A DNA stretch of 64,000 nt from Chrysomallon squamiferum (GCA_012295275.1 CM022667.1:18228001-18292000); one strand, 5' to 3'; counted from the stretch's first letter, positions 13,001 through 27,665 are shown. Notes: generated by a model from the letters alone, not told the origin. Numbers and translations: made by a program.

Positions 13001-13485
13001 ATAAAATCTAATTTCTTTGTGGTATCTTCTATTTATAATTACTATTGAAATATGAAATACTGTTGTCATTTCAGAAAGGAGATTTTATTGGCCGAGATGC
13101 TCTGCAGAAACAGAAAGAGAAAGGAATAAGTCAGAAGTTTGTACAGTTTTTATTGGACGATTTTGATGTGAAGCATGATTTATGGCCATGGGGTGGAGAA
13201 CCAATTTATCGAAATGGCAAATATGCAGGACTGACAACAACCTGTGGCTATGGGTTTACTCTTGACCAGATGGTTTGTCTTGGATACATCAGTGACTTTG
13301 ATGAATCAGGAAAATGTCAGGTCAAGACTAACATGAACAAATGGGTCATGGAAAAGGAAGCACAGTATGAAATAGATATTGCAGGACGAACCTTTACAGC
13401 AAAAGCCGGGATCTATACGCCCAAACTGGCCATGTCGACATTTGAAACATCTTTTATCCCGGTACCAGTGCAGCAACCAAAATAG
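2668..13485 (+). CDS. PDPR: Pyruvate dehydrogenase phosphatase regulatory subunit-like mitochondrial flavoprotein (GcvT/DMGDH/SARDH family), 17 coding exons, ~880 aa
   Basis: GT-AG exons read by hand: 2668-2897, 3689-3819, 5807-5888, 6094-6175, 6471-6552, 6956-7083, 7455-7569, 7978-8130, 8356-8480, 8844-9036, 9405-9560, 9845-9972, 10302-10450, 10527-10734, 12106-12195, 12577-12756, 13075-13485 (2643 nt, frame-consistent). Basic N-terminal presequence and FAD motif VVIGGGGVIGTSLAYHL. PDPR-type segments VCLIDMSSFAKFEI, RIEKFFAYWGLDI..TTPMECGREFRVKL, DLWPWGGEPIYRNG and YEIDIAG. Orthology versus a PDPR paralogue needs a tree. Confidence 0.88.
3936..5732. mobile_element. Non-autonomous TIR DNA element (Mutator-like) in PDPR intron 2
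   Basis: Imperfect ~35-bp TIRs: left tggtgtcttcccgactggtagaattcccagttcgt versus reverse complement of right tggcttactcccatctggtagaattcccatttcgt. Subterminal repeat aattcccatttcgt. Flanking direct repeat tttgga(tg) at 3930 and 5733 (TSD of 6-9 bp depending on boundary). No recognisable ORF. Superfamily call is inference. Confidence 0.7.
4171..4331. repeat. Compound trinucleotide microsatellite (ATC)n/(ATT)n/(GTT)n/(CTT)n
   Basis: Seen directly; accounts for the poly-I/H/L/N/K ORFs at 4031-4358. Confidence 0.9.
10050..10095. repeat. (CA)23 microsatellite in PDPR intron 12
   Basis: Perfect dinucleotide run. Confidence 0.97.
10977..12124 (+). repeat. 50-bp minisatellite (22 units plus a terminal partial unit) built from the PDPR intron14/exon15 junction
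   Basis: Consensus gtttctgtatttc(a/g)g-gagatagatgttgga(t/a)gt-gttagtgttaagtca(c/g)t. Units start every 50 bp from 10977 to 11427 (unit 10 is 64 bp), then from 11491 to 12041. The terminal copy at 12091 holds the real acceptor and runs into exon 15 (EIDVGCASGIRAMRL). Confidence 0.97.
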
Positions 13486-16400
13486 CTTTCTTGAGTAGCA
13501 TCAATGGCAGGAAACAGTTGTAGATCAGTTTCTTTAAGTGTTTATTTCTCTCTGTCTCTTCCCATCTCTCTTTGGTGTTTGATTAATTTATTTTGACATT
13601 TTTAGAAAGGAAGGATTAATGTTAAAATTGATCTTTTTATCGAGTGTTTGTAAAATTTCTTGGTTTTAATTTCTGGTATGATCACTGAATGTGCTAGTTA
13701 GTCTTCTGATACAAATAACTGGTCAGTGCTGCAGCACCTTTTAAAACTTCTATATGTTCATATAGAAAAAAGTATTCAGTATTTGAGTTCTGTTTGATTT
13801 TGATTTTGTTTTAAGTACTTAAAAATTAGGCAATGCATCATACGTATGTATGGATGGATGTGTATATATAAAGTAATTAAGGAAAATAGACAGGGAAAAG
13901 GTTATCTCTATAGAATAAAAGCATAATCATGTGATTTGCTGAACAGAAGAAATGACATCATTACATAAATATAATTTCATCAGTTTTTCCAGAAATAAAT
14001 ACTCGTTATAATATTCATTAAACAAACATATAAACAAACCAACAAAATTATATTTATTTAGATCTTTGTTAATCCTTGAACTGTTGATTTTTGTTAAGGA
14101 CTTAGGAATCTATCAAAATCAGTTTTATTTAATATAATCACTTCAGATGATTGATTACTGATTCTAAACATATTTAACAGTATCATCATTGGTTCAGCAT
14201 TTGTAGGTGACCAAGTATCACAAACCTAATGGTGCAATAGTGACATACTCATTATACTATGTTGTATAGTGACACACACTGGCTGATTGTTGTATTAGAG
14301 TTGATACTGTATCTAGTTGGTGATTGGCAGACACTGTAGTTATTGGTTGCAGCTATCCATTAGATTAATAAGAGAATCGATGATATGACAATGTATTTCC
14401 CTATTCTGGCATGCTACATAAATTAATTTTATTTTTTTTTAAATTAAATTATTTATTAAGAATACTCATAAACCAGTCAAATTATTTGTTAGATTTAATA
14501 CTAATTAATCAGATTTTTCCTAACATTGTTAACTGTTTTAAGTAGATAATTTCAAATGTATCTGTGTACCGAATACTCACTTAATTTTTTAAATTTTAAT
14601 TGGAAATAAAAATATATGTTTTATTGTCTTCATTTTCAAACTGCTGAGTATCTGCTGGATGTTAGAATATCAATTGAATGATGAATCATAAGATTAGTAT
14701 TTTGAAGGTATTGATAGATTATCAATATATGATTTCATTCATATCTGTGATACAAATCTGTTTGTGATAAAGTAAGTGCAGCAATTAATAGGTTTTTGTT
14801 AGTATGAGTTTGTCATATTTAAATAGAGAATATCTATGCAGTTTGACCAAGGTTTTTTTTTACTGATCCCTGCAAAATCCACCAACAGACAAGAACTGAA
14901 ATAATAATTCATATTAATTGTTAAAACAGAATATGTACTGTTAAGAGATTTGTGTTGAAAACATGAAATTCTATCTTTGTATTAAGAGATTGTGTTGAAA
15001 AATTAATTAATGCTATCCATGTGTTAAATGTGAATGGTATTCAAATTATATGCAGATTTTTAAAAATATAATCTTTGTTGCACAGGGTTTAAGTAATAGA
15101 TCCACTGCTTCCTGGCTCAATGACTGTTGGAAGCCTTGCTGTTGATTAAAAGAATAACCCATGCAAGGGCAAGTTACAGGTTTCCTGTTGTCCATCATCA
15201 TTATATAAGAAACAAGTAATTAACGCCATTAATATTTATGACATACTGGGGTGTCATTATATTTATTTATATTTTTAATTTTTAAATTTCTAATATTTTA
15301 TAAACTTTTTAAATTATATATATGGGATACTTTTTCAGTTTTATTTTCTTACTAATCAAATGTTTGTTAACAAAATTTTTACCTTGAATGAAGTAACAAA
15401 CTTAACAAATAAAAGAATCTCATTGCTGTATGTATGTGTTTGTAAAAATAGTGTTTATGTCTATCTCAATTCTTTAGAATTATGATTTTAAAACTTCATG
15501 TTATGCATATCTGGCAATTTTACTTTTTAAAAATTGGTTGGAGTTTTGTGTTTGTAGTTCTCATGATCATCTAGATAGTAATTTTAACTAGACTGCTGAT
15601 ACATTTTAAATTATATATATGGGATACTTTATAACTGCAACTTTACTGCATTTTCAACTGCAGTTCTGAGAGAATGGTATTAATTTTTTAATTTGTTTTG
15701 AAGATTATTTCAGGGTGAATGATCTGTAATCTTAAGATATCATCACTGGATTTGGCCGAAATTTTTTAATTAAATGACATATCCACCTGACCTTTAGAAG
15801 CAGTAGGTGAATGTTGTTCAACATCCACTCATAGTCACAGCCTGTGACTACTAGTATATGAATATAACTTAGTGACTAAGTATTTCTTATTTATATATCT
15901 GACACTGGTAAAAATTAAAGACAAAACAAATTAATAAATTTATGCATAATTTTATTTCAGTAGAATATCTAGTTTAACAGAAACAAGTATACTTTATACA
16001 TTTTTTTATAAAAACTAGTTGAGTAATTGTGATTAGTACTAAAAGCCGTTCATCTGTTAGATTCATCATAAACTAATAAACACCGATATCTACTGTATTT
16101 TGTATTAACACTTGTAACATGAACATGCACATATTCCATTTCTTTCTGCTGTATTCAGTTATCCTTATATCCAAGCACTTTGCTGCAAAAATGTTACTTG
16201 AATTAACTTACAAAATATTTATTCATTTTCTCCACTAGTAATGTGAGTTCAAGATATGTAATAATACATAATTAAATAATAATAATTTATAACTGCAACT
16301 TTACTGCATTTTCAACTCATTTTAGAATTCTGTTGAAACACAAGCATGAAATATGTAATTGTTTGCTTTTTCTCTATGCAATGTAATTTAACAACCAATT

Positions 16401-18839
16401 TCTACAGTTAGTATAAATGTAATACATTTCTTTCTTGACAATGAAATAGCTACTGAGTTCCCAGATTTAGTCAGATTTAATTTAGTTTTACTCTATAACT
16501 TGGTTCAAAATAAAAATAAACCTTTATCACACATCTTGTTGGGTTTTTCCTTCCCTGTTCAAAGCAGCCACATTGAAAATATGATAAAAGATAATTTGTT
16601 TTATTTTTAATTCACTGCATTTATATCAATTATTTACAATTTTATGAAATAGCTGTATACTAAGAGGGTCACTCAAGTCAAGATGTTAACTTCTGGTGTA
16701 ACTTATTTGCTGTACATCATGTTTTACTTTCTTACAAACACTATTAAATATTTATTATAGTCTTAAAAAATAAAGAATAAACCATATACTTTTAATAAAT
16801 TATTCAAAATGATACATTTTTTTATATTTTTAAAATTAGATCATTAACTATTGTGCTTCTTAGTTCATGTATTAAGAATCTTCACTTTATATCAGAATTA
16901 TATACAATCAACTCCATCAACTAAACAATTATTACTATTCGGCTTTCAAAAAGGTTTATAATTAACAATGTGTAAGTTAAGGCACACAAGTATAAAAAGT
17001 GATCACAGAAAGGTCACAAATGGAATGTTTAACAACACTTTCTAACCTGCCACATCTTCTCAGACTTTACATGTTTATTTAATTTGTTTTTATTTTGAAG
17101 TTGACATTTTCCAGAGGAATCTATCTCAGAAAGTTTAACTGGGTGATGTGAAATGTGAATAAAAGGGAAAAAATAATAAATTGCAGGTCCTGTTATACCT
17201 ACATTTTAGGATTTATTATTTATATGTCTTTAAAAATTATTATTAATTTGTGCAATATATTTACTGTTCTGTATTTGAATAGAGTTAGTTAGTATGCATC
17301 AAGAACCATCTAATCTGTATTACTGCAAGAAATTGAAAAAGAAAAAAGTAAAAGAAATTATAAGTATCAAGACATTAACAGAGATATTGTAAAAATTATA
17401 GGCACTGTTTTAATGGATACAGTATATCATATAACTACATATTAAAATTTGATATCAGGATTGTTAAATATAAAAACATTTATATTTTCTAAGCAATATA
17501 TATTTAGACCATGTTACTTTTCTTACTTGTAGGTATTTATGCACAGTTTTAAATATTTTTTAAATGCTGCTCTCTGACTTCTTCACAGTTGAAGCAAATA
17601 TGACACTCATACTGAAAGAAATGTGTTCCATTATTATATATTGTTACAATAGTATGATTTTAAAGTTATATTCAGCAATCTACCAAGCATAGAATGTATT
17701 AAAATGGATTCTGTCTGCTATAGATATCAAAATAATAGTAATAGATATTAGTATTTGTATGCAGATAGTTTTTTCATAAATATGAAACACACTATGGTTT
17801 ACAGATTATTTTCATGTCCACATTTTGAGTTATATACACCCAACTACTGTAGATTTTTAAAAAAGAAAATAATTGTTAAAATATTAAATATATATTCTCA
17901 AAAAATCATGCAACTGATATCTAATGCATTTGTGTGTGTGTGTGTGGAAATAATAGTGGAATACTTAAAATATGAATATTAAAATAGTTTTAAAATTAAT
18001 ACAATAATAAATATTTATAAATAACAATATTGTACAATCAGACCAAGCATTTTTTGGTGTATTTTTTAAAGCAGTATTCAATACTCTGATAAATGCATCA
18101 AAATAATGTTAGTAAAATTCTGTAATAATCATAGAAAAACTGAGTGCATTATGTTTTATATACAATGTTAAATAACCATGTATTTTAATTCTTATTAATA
18201 ATAAAATTAATAAATATATAAATTTCATTTTTTCATAGTAACATTTTTTATCATTATGTCAAAAAAATATATAAAAAAATTTCATTTGAATATATATAAA
18301 TTCTGTATTATCCAAAAGCTAGCAAGCCATATAGAATCCTCTAAATACCAACAAATTGTCTAAAAACTAATAAATATCAAAAAGTCTTCATCGCAAAACA
18401 AAGTCAGTTTATACAGTTCATGTGAGTGAAAAAGAACAAAGAAAAAACAGACATTTTAAACAAATCCTCCATAATATGCAAACAACAGTATTGGAAACGC
18501 ACTTTATCAAAGACTTTCTGAAATAAAGTAAATAGATTAATAAACCTGTGTACTTTAATTAGTGAGCAGAAATAAAACAAGCATTTTTTACTAACTTTTT
18601 TCTGATACAGAGATTACTCCAGCTGATGACACACACACACACACACCCTACATATGTACATATAATATTATATTAAATTTTATTATAGTTAATGAAAAAC
18701 AGACTTTCTCATTCGGTGGGGGAAACGTTTTATACTATCTGGTTATTAAGGGTTTTAAGAAATACATTTAATCTGGATGTTTTGTTTCATCTTTTTGAGT
18801 AACAGTTACTAGAGGCACTCATGAAATGAAACATTTTTT

Positions 18840-19686
18840 TCAAATCAAATGTTGTGTACTTTCGCTGGAAATATTAGACTCCAAGGAATTCTGTGATCCA
18901 TGGTGAGATCTTTGGCTAGAGTGAATTATCTCTCTTTCAGAGTTTGGGTTTTCTGCACTGTTCTTTTTGTGTGGACTCTCTGAGGCTGGTAGGGACACAT
19001 TGTCTAAAGATATACTAGCACTTGCTGTGTCACTAAAGCATTCATCATGATTGTAACTGTCTGTTGACTGTTCTATCACAGCTGTTTCATTATCACTACT
19101 CTTGGCTGAGCTGGACCGCCATGTGGCAGTCACAGTAGAAGCTCCAGTCATGTCAATGTGTATTGAATCATCATCACATACTATGTTTTCACAGCCAGCA
19201 CTTTCCTCATCTGAATCACTAGAAATAGAAGGTGGAATCAACTGTACCATAGATGACCTCTCACCAGCAACTGGTTCATTTGTATTGTCTAAAGAAATTA
19301 ATGGAACATCATCTGGTGTTATTTCTATATTTGGATCATGTGTCTCTCGATTACCATGTGATGCATTCTCTGGATTAAGAGGAAGAGGTCGGTTTCTAGA
19401 AGCTTCTAAATGGAGATGACGGAAAAAATTCTGAACTTCGTTGTATGGAGCACTGGTTCTCATAGCCTCATTATATGATGGAGGTGGGGCTCGTCTGCGA
19501 ATAAGTTCTGCATGCACCCGACTTAGAGGTGTCTCATATCTTCCACTGTTCTGATCCTGCATTCTTAGTGCATATACTTTACAGGTACATCCTAGTGCCA
19601 CAACAAGCAGGAGGGAACAGACCATGGACCCAACAACAGCTGCTATTATTACACGTGGTGTGCTAACTGAAAACAACAAGGCAATT

Positions 19687-19771
<85 letters not shown>

Positions 19772-22700
19772 TATTTACATGATTTTGTTCTTATATATGA
19801 TTTGAAAACAAATGAATTGGGCAATTTAAACACCATCTGCCTTGCAGTTGGCAATTATTGAACTGAAATCGCTATTAAAACATAGATGAACAAAGCCAAA
19901 CAGATATCATTTTTTTTTTTTTTTTTAAATACAACAATATAAGAATAATTTTTGAATAACTTAAATAACAAATACTATATAAACAGAAATGTTCCTTACA
20001 GGTACAATTTTCTTCATCAGAATTATCTCCACAGTCATTGGTTCTGTCACAAGTCCACCACTGGTATATACACAAGTTATTCTTACACAAAAACAAACCA
20101 ATATCAGCACTGCATTTTTCTATGGCTGTGTCAGAAACGGAGAAGAAAATCAGTTAATAATTAGTGAATAATCATTTTAAACATGTAACAACATATTTGC
20201 TTTTAATTTAAAAATAGGTATACAGTAGAGAAATTCTCTACCAATCAGCCTGCTTCACAGTTATGTCTATTTGTTATTATGTATTATTCTAGAATATATA
20301 TGTCTGTCTGTCTCTCTGTCTGTCTGTGTGTGTGTTATAATTTTATGTAACTAATATATAACAGTTGCATTAAAACTGGGAGATATTGTGTGTATCTGTT
20401 ATTATGTAGAATATATATCTGTGTATGTGTGTGTGTCAGTTATAGTTATATGTAACTAATATATAATAACTGCATTAAAACAGACTTTGTTCTCTGGGAT
20501 ATATTTTATACTTACTACAGTTGGTCTCATCAGCATAACTCATACATGTGTGGTTGCCATTACATCTGTCTCTCATCTTATAACACTGTGCTGTCTTGTG
20601 TCCACAACTAAAGGAATCTTTATTACATTCATCTAAAAAAGTCATATGTATAAGATTATTTCAGTGACTGCATTTTATCTAATAAACATATAAATTCTAT
20701 CCTTATCATTTCAATACCATTTTAAAAATGATTTAAAAAAAGGTATTTATAAATAGAATTGCGTATATAAAATAAAAAAAGCAACATCAGAACATATATA
20801 TGCTAAGAAAGAAAATATTTCCTGAGGTTTTCAGGTTATGAACATTATAAATAAAATCATGTCCTATGCATCCAGTTTTTGCACATTTAAAGAAGATCCA
20901 AATACTAACAAAAAAGTGTGGATGTCTGATACAATTATTTAATACATTTACCACTTTATAATACAAGTAACAGGACAGTATAGACACTAATAATGATACA
21001 TAGAAGAGTTTGTTATAACATTAGGCTAGCTTATTCTTTCACTTTGATTAATCATTTTTCTACAGTATTGTAGCAGGCAAAAATTAAGAATTAAAAATTA
21101 CTGGACTCATGACTGATACTAACCACAACCTCTTTCATCAGCACCAAACTGTTTGCAGTCCCAAAACCCATCACATCTCTGACTGTTATCATAGCAGTCA
21201 ATATCTCCCAGACCACAAAAATACTGATTAGGCAGACAGTAACCTGAATGATAAAAAATGTTTATTACTCACTGAAAACAGAACAAATAGCGAAATAACT
21301 TTATTCTTCAGAAGAAAAAATTCAGTCAACTTTAAAAATTAATTTAGTTATGTTTCCATGATAATCTTTAAAAAAATTAGCATGTTATAAAAGATAAAAT
21401 AAAAAAGGTAATAAATAAGGTGTACAATTAAACCTTTTTGTTGAAAACTAGCATTAAATCCTTTTTCTGGATATTTATCATCTGAATGGAAGTGTACAAG
21501 CAACCAATTGCTAGTTGATTCTATCAGTGGAGGTGGACGATTTTTGCCATCATATTTTCCTATGATGTTACTGTTTTCATCTTTTCCATCATACACAATC
21601 ACATAGTCTGTGTCCTTTTCATTCTGCATTATCCAAGTAGTGAATCGTAACTGAATAGTTTTTGTTGGATACGACAGATGAAGTCGCCAATCACAGTCCA
21701 TGTTGTTTGGATAATCATTTGGAAAATTTGGGCTTGAAAAATGCCCAGCTGGACCATCAAGGTGTTTGCTACATGTCTGAGAATCTGAAACAAAATAAAA
21801 CATGTTAAAAAGTGCTGAGAAATAAAAAAAGATCGCTACAAAGGGTTGATGATACAAACACAACCAACTGATGTTTATAAAAACAAAGAACAAACTCCAA
21901 CCCCAAAAATACATTTATACATTCTGTCTTTTCAAACAATAACATATGTAAATGTATTTTTTTAGTTACAGAGTTAAATTAAACTGGTGTGCTCATCACT
22001 AATCAAAACACTTGTTGCTCTGCTGAGAATATAAAGTATGAGGTTTATTGAGAAATTCCCACAAGCTCACTCTGATATAACAACATATTAATCTATGGAA
22101 CAGATCTAAAACAAATTACCAGTAGTAATAATTACCAGTATCACAAAATAATGATGATTCATCAATGCCATTAGCACAGTCTTTGTGTCCGTCACACTGT
22201 ACAGATGGATGAAAACAAAATAATATGTGACTTTCAGCAGACAGACACTTGAAGTTTGGACTGACACACTGCTCACTTGGAGGATCAGTTGGGACTGATA
22301 TCGTTGAACCACAGAATCTTTCATCTGAGTTGTCACCACATTCATCCAGCCCATTGCATTCCCACTTGTCATAAATACATTTTTGATTTGCACACACAAA
22401 TTCATTTTCATCACAGCTCCTTTTTGATGGTACAAAACCTAAATACATAAATTAAAATATCTGCACTATGTAATTATATAACAATGCTTAACTACTATAA
22501 TATAAAATGTGTTATGTTTTAAACAACAGTCCTTATTAATTACATAAATTAATTTTTTTTTTTTTTTTTTATATTTATAGTATAATTTTGCAATTCTGTT
22601 GCTGTTTGCATATCAGTTATCAAAACAGGAAAAAAACATACATGTAATACATTTGACACTTGATTGGTCCCTCAACTAATAATTTAATGTACTCACCAAT

Positions 22701-25700
22701 AATGTAATTAAGCTTGAATCCACGACCCCTATTTTCACTATCAGTGACAAATCGTAACCATATATGGTCTTGTCTTATTGTTGTTATAAAAGGTTTTGGA
22801 ATATATGACCCACAGTATCTCTGAGTTTGTATCTTTTGACCCTGCACTGGACCAATCTCTAGAAAATCTTGATTACAGGTATCATTGTAAGTTGTTTTTA
22901 TATCCATGTAGTCAAAGCTGAAACAAATGAAGAACTTTAATCATTATTTTGATTAATGTATATTCTTAGAGACATATTACAAAGTAGAAACAGTTTCTAA
23001 TTGCTGTGTCAATGACAAATACATGAGAAATTATGCAAATTTTAGACATATGTATTTTATTTATTTTTATTCTGTTAAACAAATTTTTGTTTTACATTAT
23101 TTCAAAAGTTAACTGATGTTCGAAATATATTACATCACACATTTTGCACATATATCACAGGAAACGACTAAATCTATAATTGATGCAACCCTTTTATGAC
23201 AATCAGTACACTGAAATCTCAAGTTTCAATAATTTACTGATCTATGTGAATTCCAGGGAAAGGGATTTCATCAATTTTGTTAAATAGAATAAATGTAATA
23301 AAGTTGCTTACCTGATTGTTACAGTTGCATTCTGCTTTCCAGAAATACTCCAGTACTTGCAGTAATTATTTGAATATAAATATTCTGAGGGATCGCTTAC
23401 AATTGTTCCTTGATAGTAATTCCTAGTTTCTGTTTCACATTCTGCTGTAAAAACATTTACAAGATATTATTATATACTGTCATCTTTATTAATCTTATTT
23501 GACAATATTATCATTCCTATCCAATTAAAATAATGTGTGTATGGGTTTTTGTATCTCTGTACTTGTGATAAAAATTCAGATACACCTAAACTTATGAATC
23601 ACATGCAGACACATGCATAAACATACACCCCCATTTGGATCTAGTAATAACATATAATGATATATAATAGTTATTATATACTGAATTTTTGTCAAATTAG
23701 CCAACAAATGCAGTAACTATAAACAATCTACCTGCAATGAAACCATTCAATAAAACTAGTAAACAAATATATCTGTTACAACCAGGCAAGTCATTAAAAA
23801 AATAAAAATAAAACTTTTTTGTTGGTTTTGGTTGTTTTTTAAATGGTTGTGCATGTCCATGTTTGTGTATGTTAGTGGTGTGTTCATGTACGTTTGTGCA
23901 GGTATCTAAAAACAGTCTTTTGCAATGGCTGTCTTATTCAGTTTTACCTAATAAATTGTGAGTGTATATATATACACATTTCTTCTTTTCTTTCTTTTTT
24001 TATTATTTCCTTAAAACCCTGGGTTTCAATATTATTAGGTACATAATCCACTCAGTTATCAATATATTAAGTAAAAATAGTATAATTTTTTTTAAAGTAT
24101 AGATTACAATATGCTTTCTTGCATGACTAAACACAATAAATATCAATTTATAAAACATCAGTAGCTTAGTTTGCAGGTAATGTTATTCAATATCACTTGT
24201 AACTTGGTACACTGCTTAATCGCAACATAAAACTGATATGGTCTGTTAACTGAAGGATAATATGGCTGTTGGTTTAAAAAAATGCTATAATAATATATCA
24301 TGTATAGCTTTGATAAAATGTAACTGACAGAGTATGACTGCATAATAAATTAGTCAAATATATTTTAGGTACCAGCAACCTACTTTTTAATTAATTTAGT
24401 CTTATATAATATGCCTAAAAATAAGTTAAAAATAAAAAATGTAGAAAAATACAAACAAATCATTACGAATCCATTTCTATAGGTTCAAAAGAAACATGCA
24501 AATCAGCACCACATATAATTTGTTCATTTTCCACCATTATTTTGGCAAATTGAAGGAAAAAACATATTTGGCCAACTGAAGTTTGAAAAATAACAGTCCT
24601 CTGGTGGTAAAAGCAAAGTTACCCCACTGATGTTAATGTGACTGCTGTATGCTCCCATAGGATCCATGATCATGATCCTGTCAAGGCAGCTATTGAAAGC
24701 CAGTGTGTGCTCATCCCTGAAGGAAAAAGTCCTGACCAACAAAATAAGACCTGCTCAGATCCTGGCTAAAGGTCTACAAGAAGCACCAAATACTGTCCAT
24801 GCTAACCTTAGGAGAATGGACACTTTGAAAAGAACTAACTATTGGCAGAATTGGGGAACTCCCCTGCCCATCCTGAGCCGGCATCTCAGCACAGTTTGGT
24901 GATTAATAGTGATAAAGCTGGTGATAAGGATGATACCCAGTCTTTCCTCATTTTTCCTTCTAAGTATCTCCCATAATAATTGATTGTGCTAAACAGATGT
25001 GCTAAATTGTTTTTAATATAGCTGATTTAGAATTTTTTTTTTTTTATCTTTTTTATTTATTTACTTATCAGAGATTCCCACTCCTATCCAACCATTTACA
25101 CACATATATCATAACCTAAAATTAAAAAAAAATCAGTAATTATAATGAGCATTTGTCCTATATCTCACTTTACAGGTGAGCAATTGTCTGTACACCAGTA
25201 ATCAACTTATTCTCTGAGTGGAATAGATAGTAATTGGCAAAACATCAAGTTAATGTTTATTTCTGAATGTATTCATATTATACACAGTAAAAACTGAACA
25301 TGGCAGAAAAATATGCAACTAATTATAAAAATATAAATGCAATAATTTTAAACAGTGCCAGTCCTTTCTTACTGCACATAAAATGTAGGAAACAGAATTT
25401 ATAGCAATTTAGCTAAGCATGTGCTACTTTCAAATGCATTTTTGTTCTATGCAAAACATAGTGTAGTGTTGAACATTATTTAAAAGATAACTGAATAAGC
25501 CTTTATCTGATTATCATGACAGTTTATTACTCCATGCTATGAATGGCTGAATTTGTTTACCCCCACCATGTTTAACACTCTTGTACATAGGACTTATTTA
25601 ACATACAACAAAACACCACCACCATTTAAACAAAATCCACATAATCTTTATTTCCATATATATTTTTTCTTGTTATGTTTTATTTGGGAGTGGAGGAAAG

Positions 25701-26625
25701 TGGACAAAAACGGCTCTTTTAATAGCTTTATCCAATTATGCTATTTATGCTAACAGTGCCACCTTTATTGTTTTATATACTTTTTACAAAAGACAAAGTA
25801 TAAATTATAATAAAATGCATTTCTGCATGGATAAACAGTTAGTTTCATCTATCACAAAAAAATACAAATATAACACCTGATAAACTGATTCACATTTAAT
25901 TAAATGCAAAGTAGCCACACCCACAGTTTATCACAGTTTTGAACTTATCTCTGTATGAAATTACACAAAACACGAAAAATGTATCTGATCCCATGCATCT
26001 TTACAAGTCTGTTATTTTGTTTGAAAAATTTAAATAAATACATGTCTGAACAAATAAAGACATAATTATAATTAATTTACCTGAATGCACACCATGAAGA
26101 AAATTCTTCAATAATAGTAACACACCTGAAACAAAATAAATCTTAATTATATATGATGTAACAAAAGTGCATAAAGAATTTATAGTTATTACAATATGTC
26201 ATTCTTTATGGCTGGCTGATTAATAAATTAAAAAAAAAATAATAATAATAATAATTAATTAATAAATTAATTAATTAAACAAAAAATATAAAATAATAAT
26301 AACTGGCACAAGAAACTAAATGAACATACAATATCATTTACTCTTCGAACAAAGTTTACTGCTTTGATGTCTGACACTGACTGTACAAGTGTATATTACT
26401 GGCGATTCGTCGTCGTGTTGATATATATTAATCACTCTCACTCACACTCACAGTCAGTGAGTCACAGTAACAGTAACGTGAGATAATTCACCGATAACTT
26501 ATCACACGTGTGCACAGAGAGATTTAAAAATATAAATAATATGTTTGCTGTAATACAAGCAAATATATATCTAGTATTTTTTAAAAATGAAAATAACTTA
26601 ACTTACCACAAAGGTACAACATCAT
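18840..26625 (-). CDS. LRP12: LDL receptor-related protein of the LRP12/LRP10/LRP3 subfamily (SP-CUB-LDLa x2-CUB-LDLa x3-TM-tail), 10 exons, ~753 aa
   Basis: Minus-strand exons: 26607-26625, 26081-26125, 23312-23444, 22697-22917, 22136-22438, 21434-21784, 21124-21243, 20516-20632, 20000-20125, 18840-19666 (2262 nt). Signal peptide [21 protein letters not shown]; [21 protein letters not shown]; LDLa CxxxxxCGDNSDE; subfamily TM/juxtamembrane [53 protein letters not shown]; dileucine-type DDVPLI. Confidence 0.9.
19690..19769. repeat. (GA)40 microsatellite, read as (TC)40 about 20 nt upstream of the last LRP12 acceptor
   Basis: Perfect dinucleotide run. Confidence 0.97.
20268..20481. repeat. Diverged ~100-bp tandem duplication in an LRP12 intron
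   Basis: Both halves share tgttattatgta..tagaatatatat..(tg)n..ttatatgtaactaatatataa..tgcattaaaac. Confidence 0.6.
24540..24900 (+). mobile_element. Possible decayed FLYWCH/Mutator transposase fragment in LRP12 intron 2
   Basis: GC-richer island whose frameshifted peptides [11 protein letters not shown] and [30 protein letters not shown] resemble the HxHxP and following helical region of FLYWCH-MULE proteins. Recognised from memory only; no termini found. Confidence 0.35.
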
Positions 26626-27629
26626 GAAAGCTAATTTTAGAAAATTCGCGTTTAGTAAGTTTTCAACTTCTTACTTCCTACTTCAGTAGCTGTTGCTTTA
26701 CGTTATTTGTAGAATAACAAAATAGCCTCTCTTCTTTTATATTGAATTGACATTATTTCCTTGAAAAGCATTATTCTAACTTAGTGAGAGATTTTCAAAA
26801 CATCTCATGTTCTTTTAAACATTTAACGATGTCCTCATTACACTAAATTCCTTTTCTCCTCCATAGTCAATCTCGATTATACAGTCTCGCGGACGCTACG
26901 AGACTTTATAATTTCGGCTATTTCCGTAAAATATCTGCTATTTTGTAATGACAAATATATTTCTGGTATCGGTATAAACTGATTGTCTCAAATGTAGTTA
27001 TTTCATCGAGTAAGCGTAGATATCAAGAACAGAAAAACATTGGCATTAATTGTTTGTTTTTATATTCTAAGAACAACTCAAAAGAATCAGTAATAGTAAA
27101 GAGGACGCCCGTTTTGTATTAATAATTTATTAACAACATGAGGAGCAACAATTTTAATAATCATTGGTTTTATCACTTTCATTAGCACTAACAGCCATCA
27201 TCATCATAAAATTAATGATGAATAGATGGCTAATTTTAACAAAGTCAGACTAAAACAGCCTACTAATTTACAAATAGCAACGTTAAAATATAATTTAAAA
27301 TTACCCTTTTGATTTATTTTAATTCAATTTTTTTTTCTCTCTCCATTTCTTTTGGGTTTTTTAAATTGTGCATCATATAGTTTTATTTGAAACTGTTGTA
27401 CTCCATATGTCTACATATTAATGGTTTAAGAAAGAATCAGTCGAATGTTCAGATTACGCATAGCAGCTAATTATCAGTTACGAAAAGGGTCGTCCCGTTT
27501 TCATTATATGTTGGTACATTTTCTTCTTTTTTAAATTTTATATTCCTGCTATTAATACATATATTTGTATTAATATTCAAGTCATTATTTAAAGTAAAAT
27601 ACATTATTAACGTGCGGGGTATGTGTGTT

Positions 27630-27665
<36 letters not shown>

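Noticed and set aside
19102-19419. Antisense ORFs overlapping LRP12 (and similarly 48640-49071 and 49300-49506 over CDYL)
   Set aside because: Shadow frames of real exons with non-ATG starts or no recognisable domain.
26883-26905. Short palindrome agtctcg..cgagact in the LRP12 promoter region
   Set aside because: A 7-bp stem that only partly matches the TCTCGCGAGA promoter motif; insufficient evidence.
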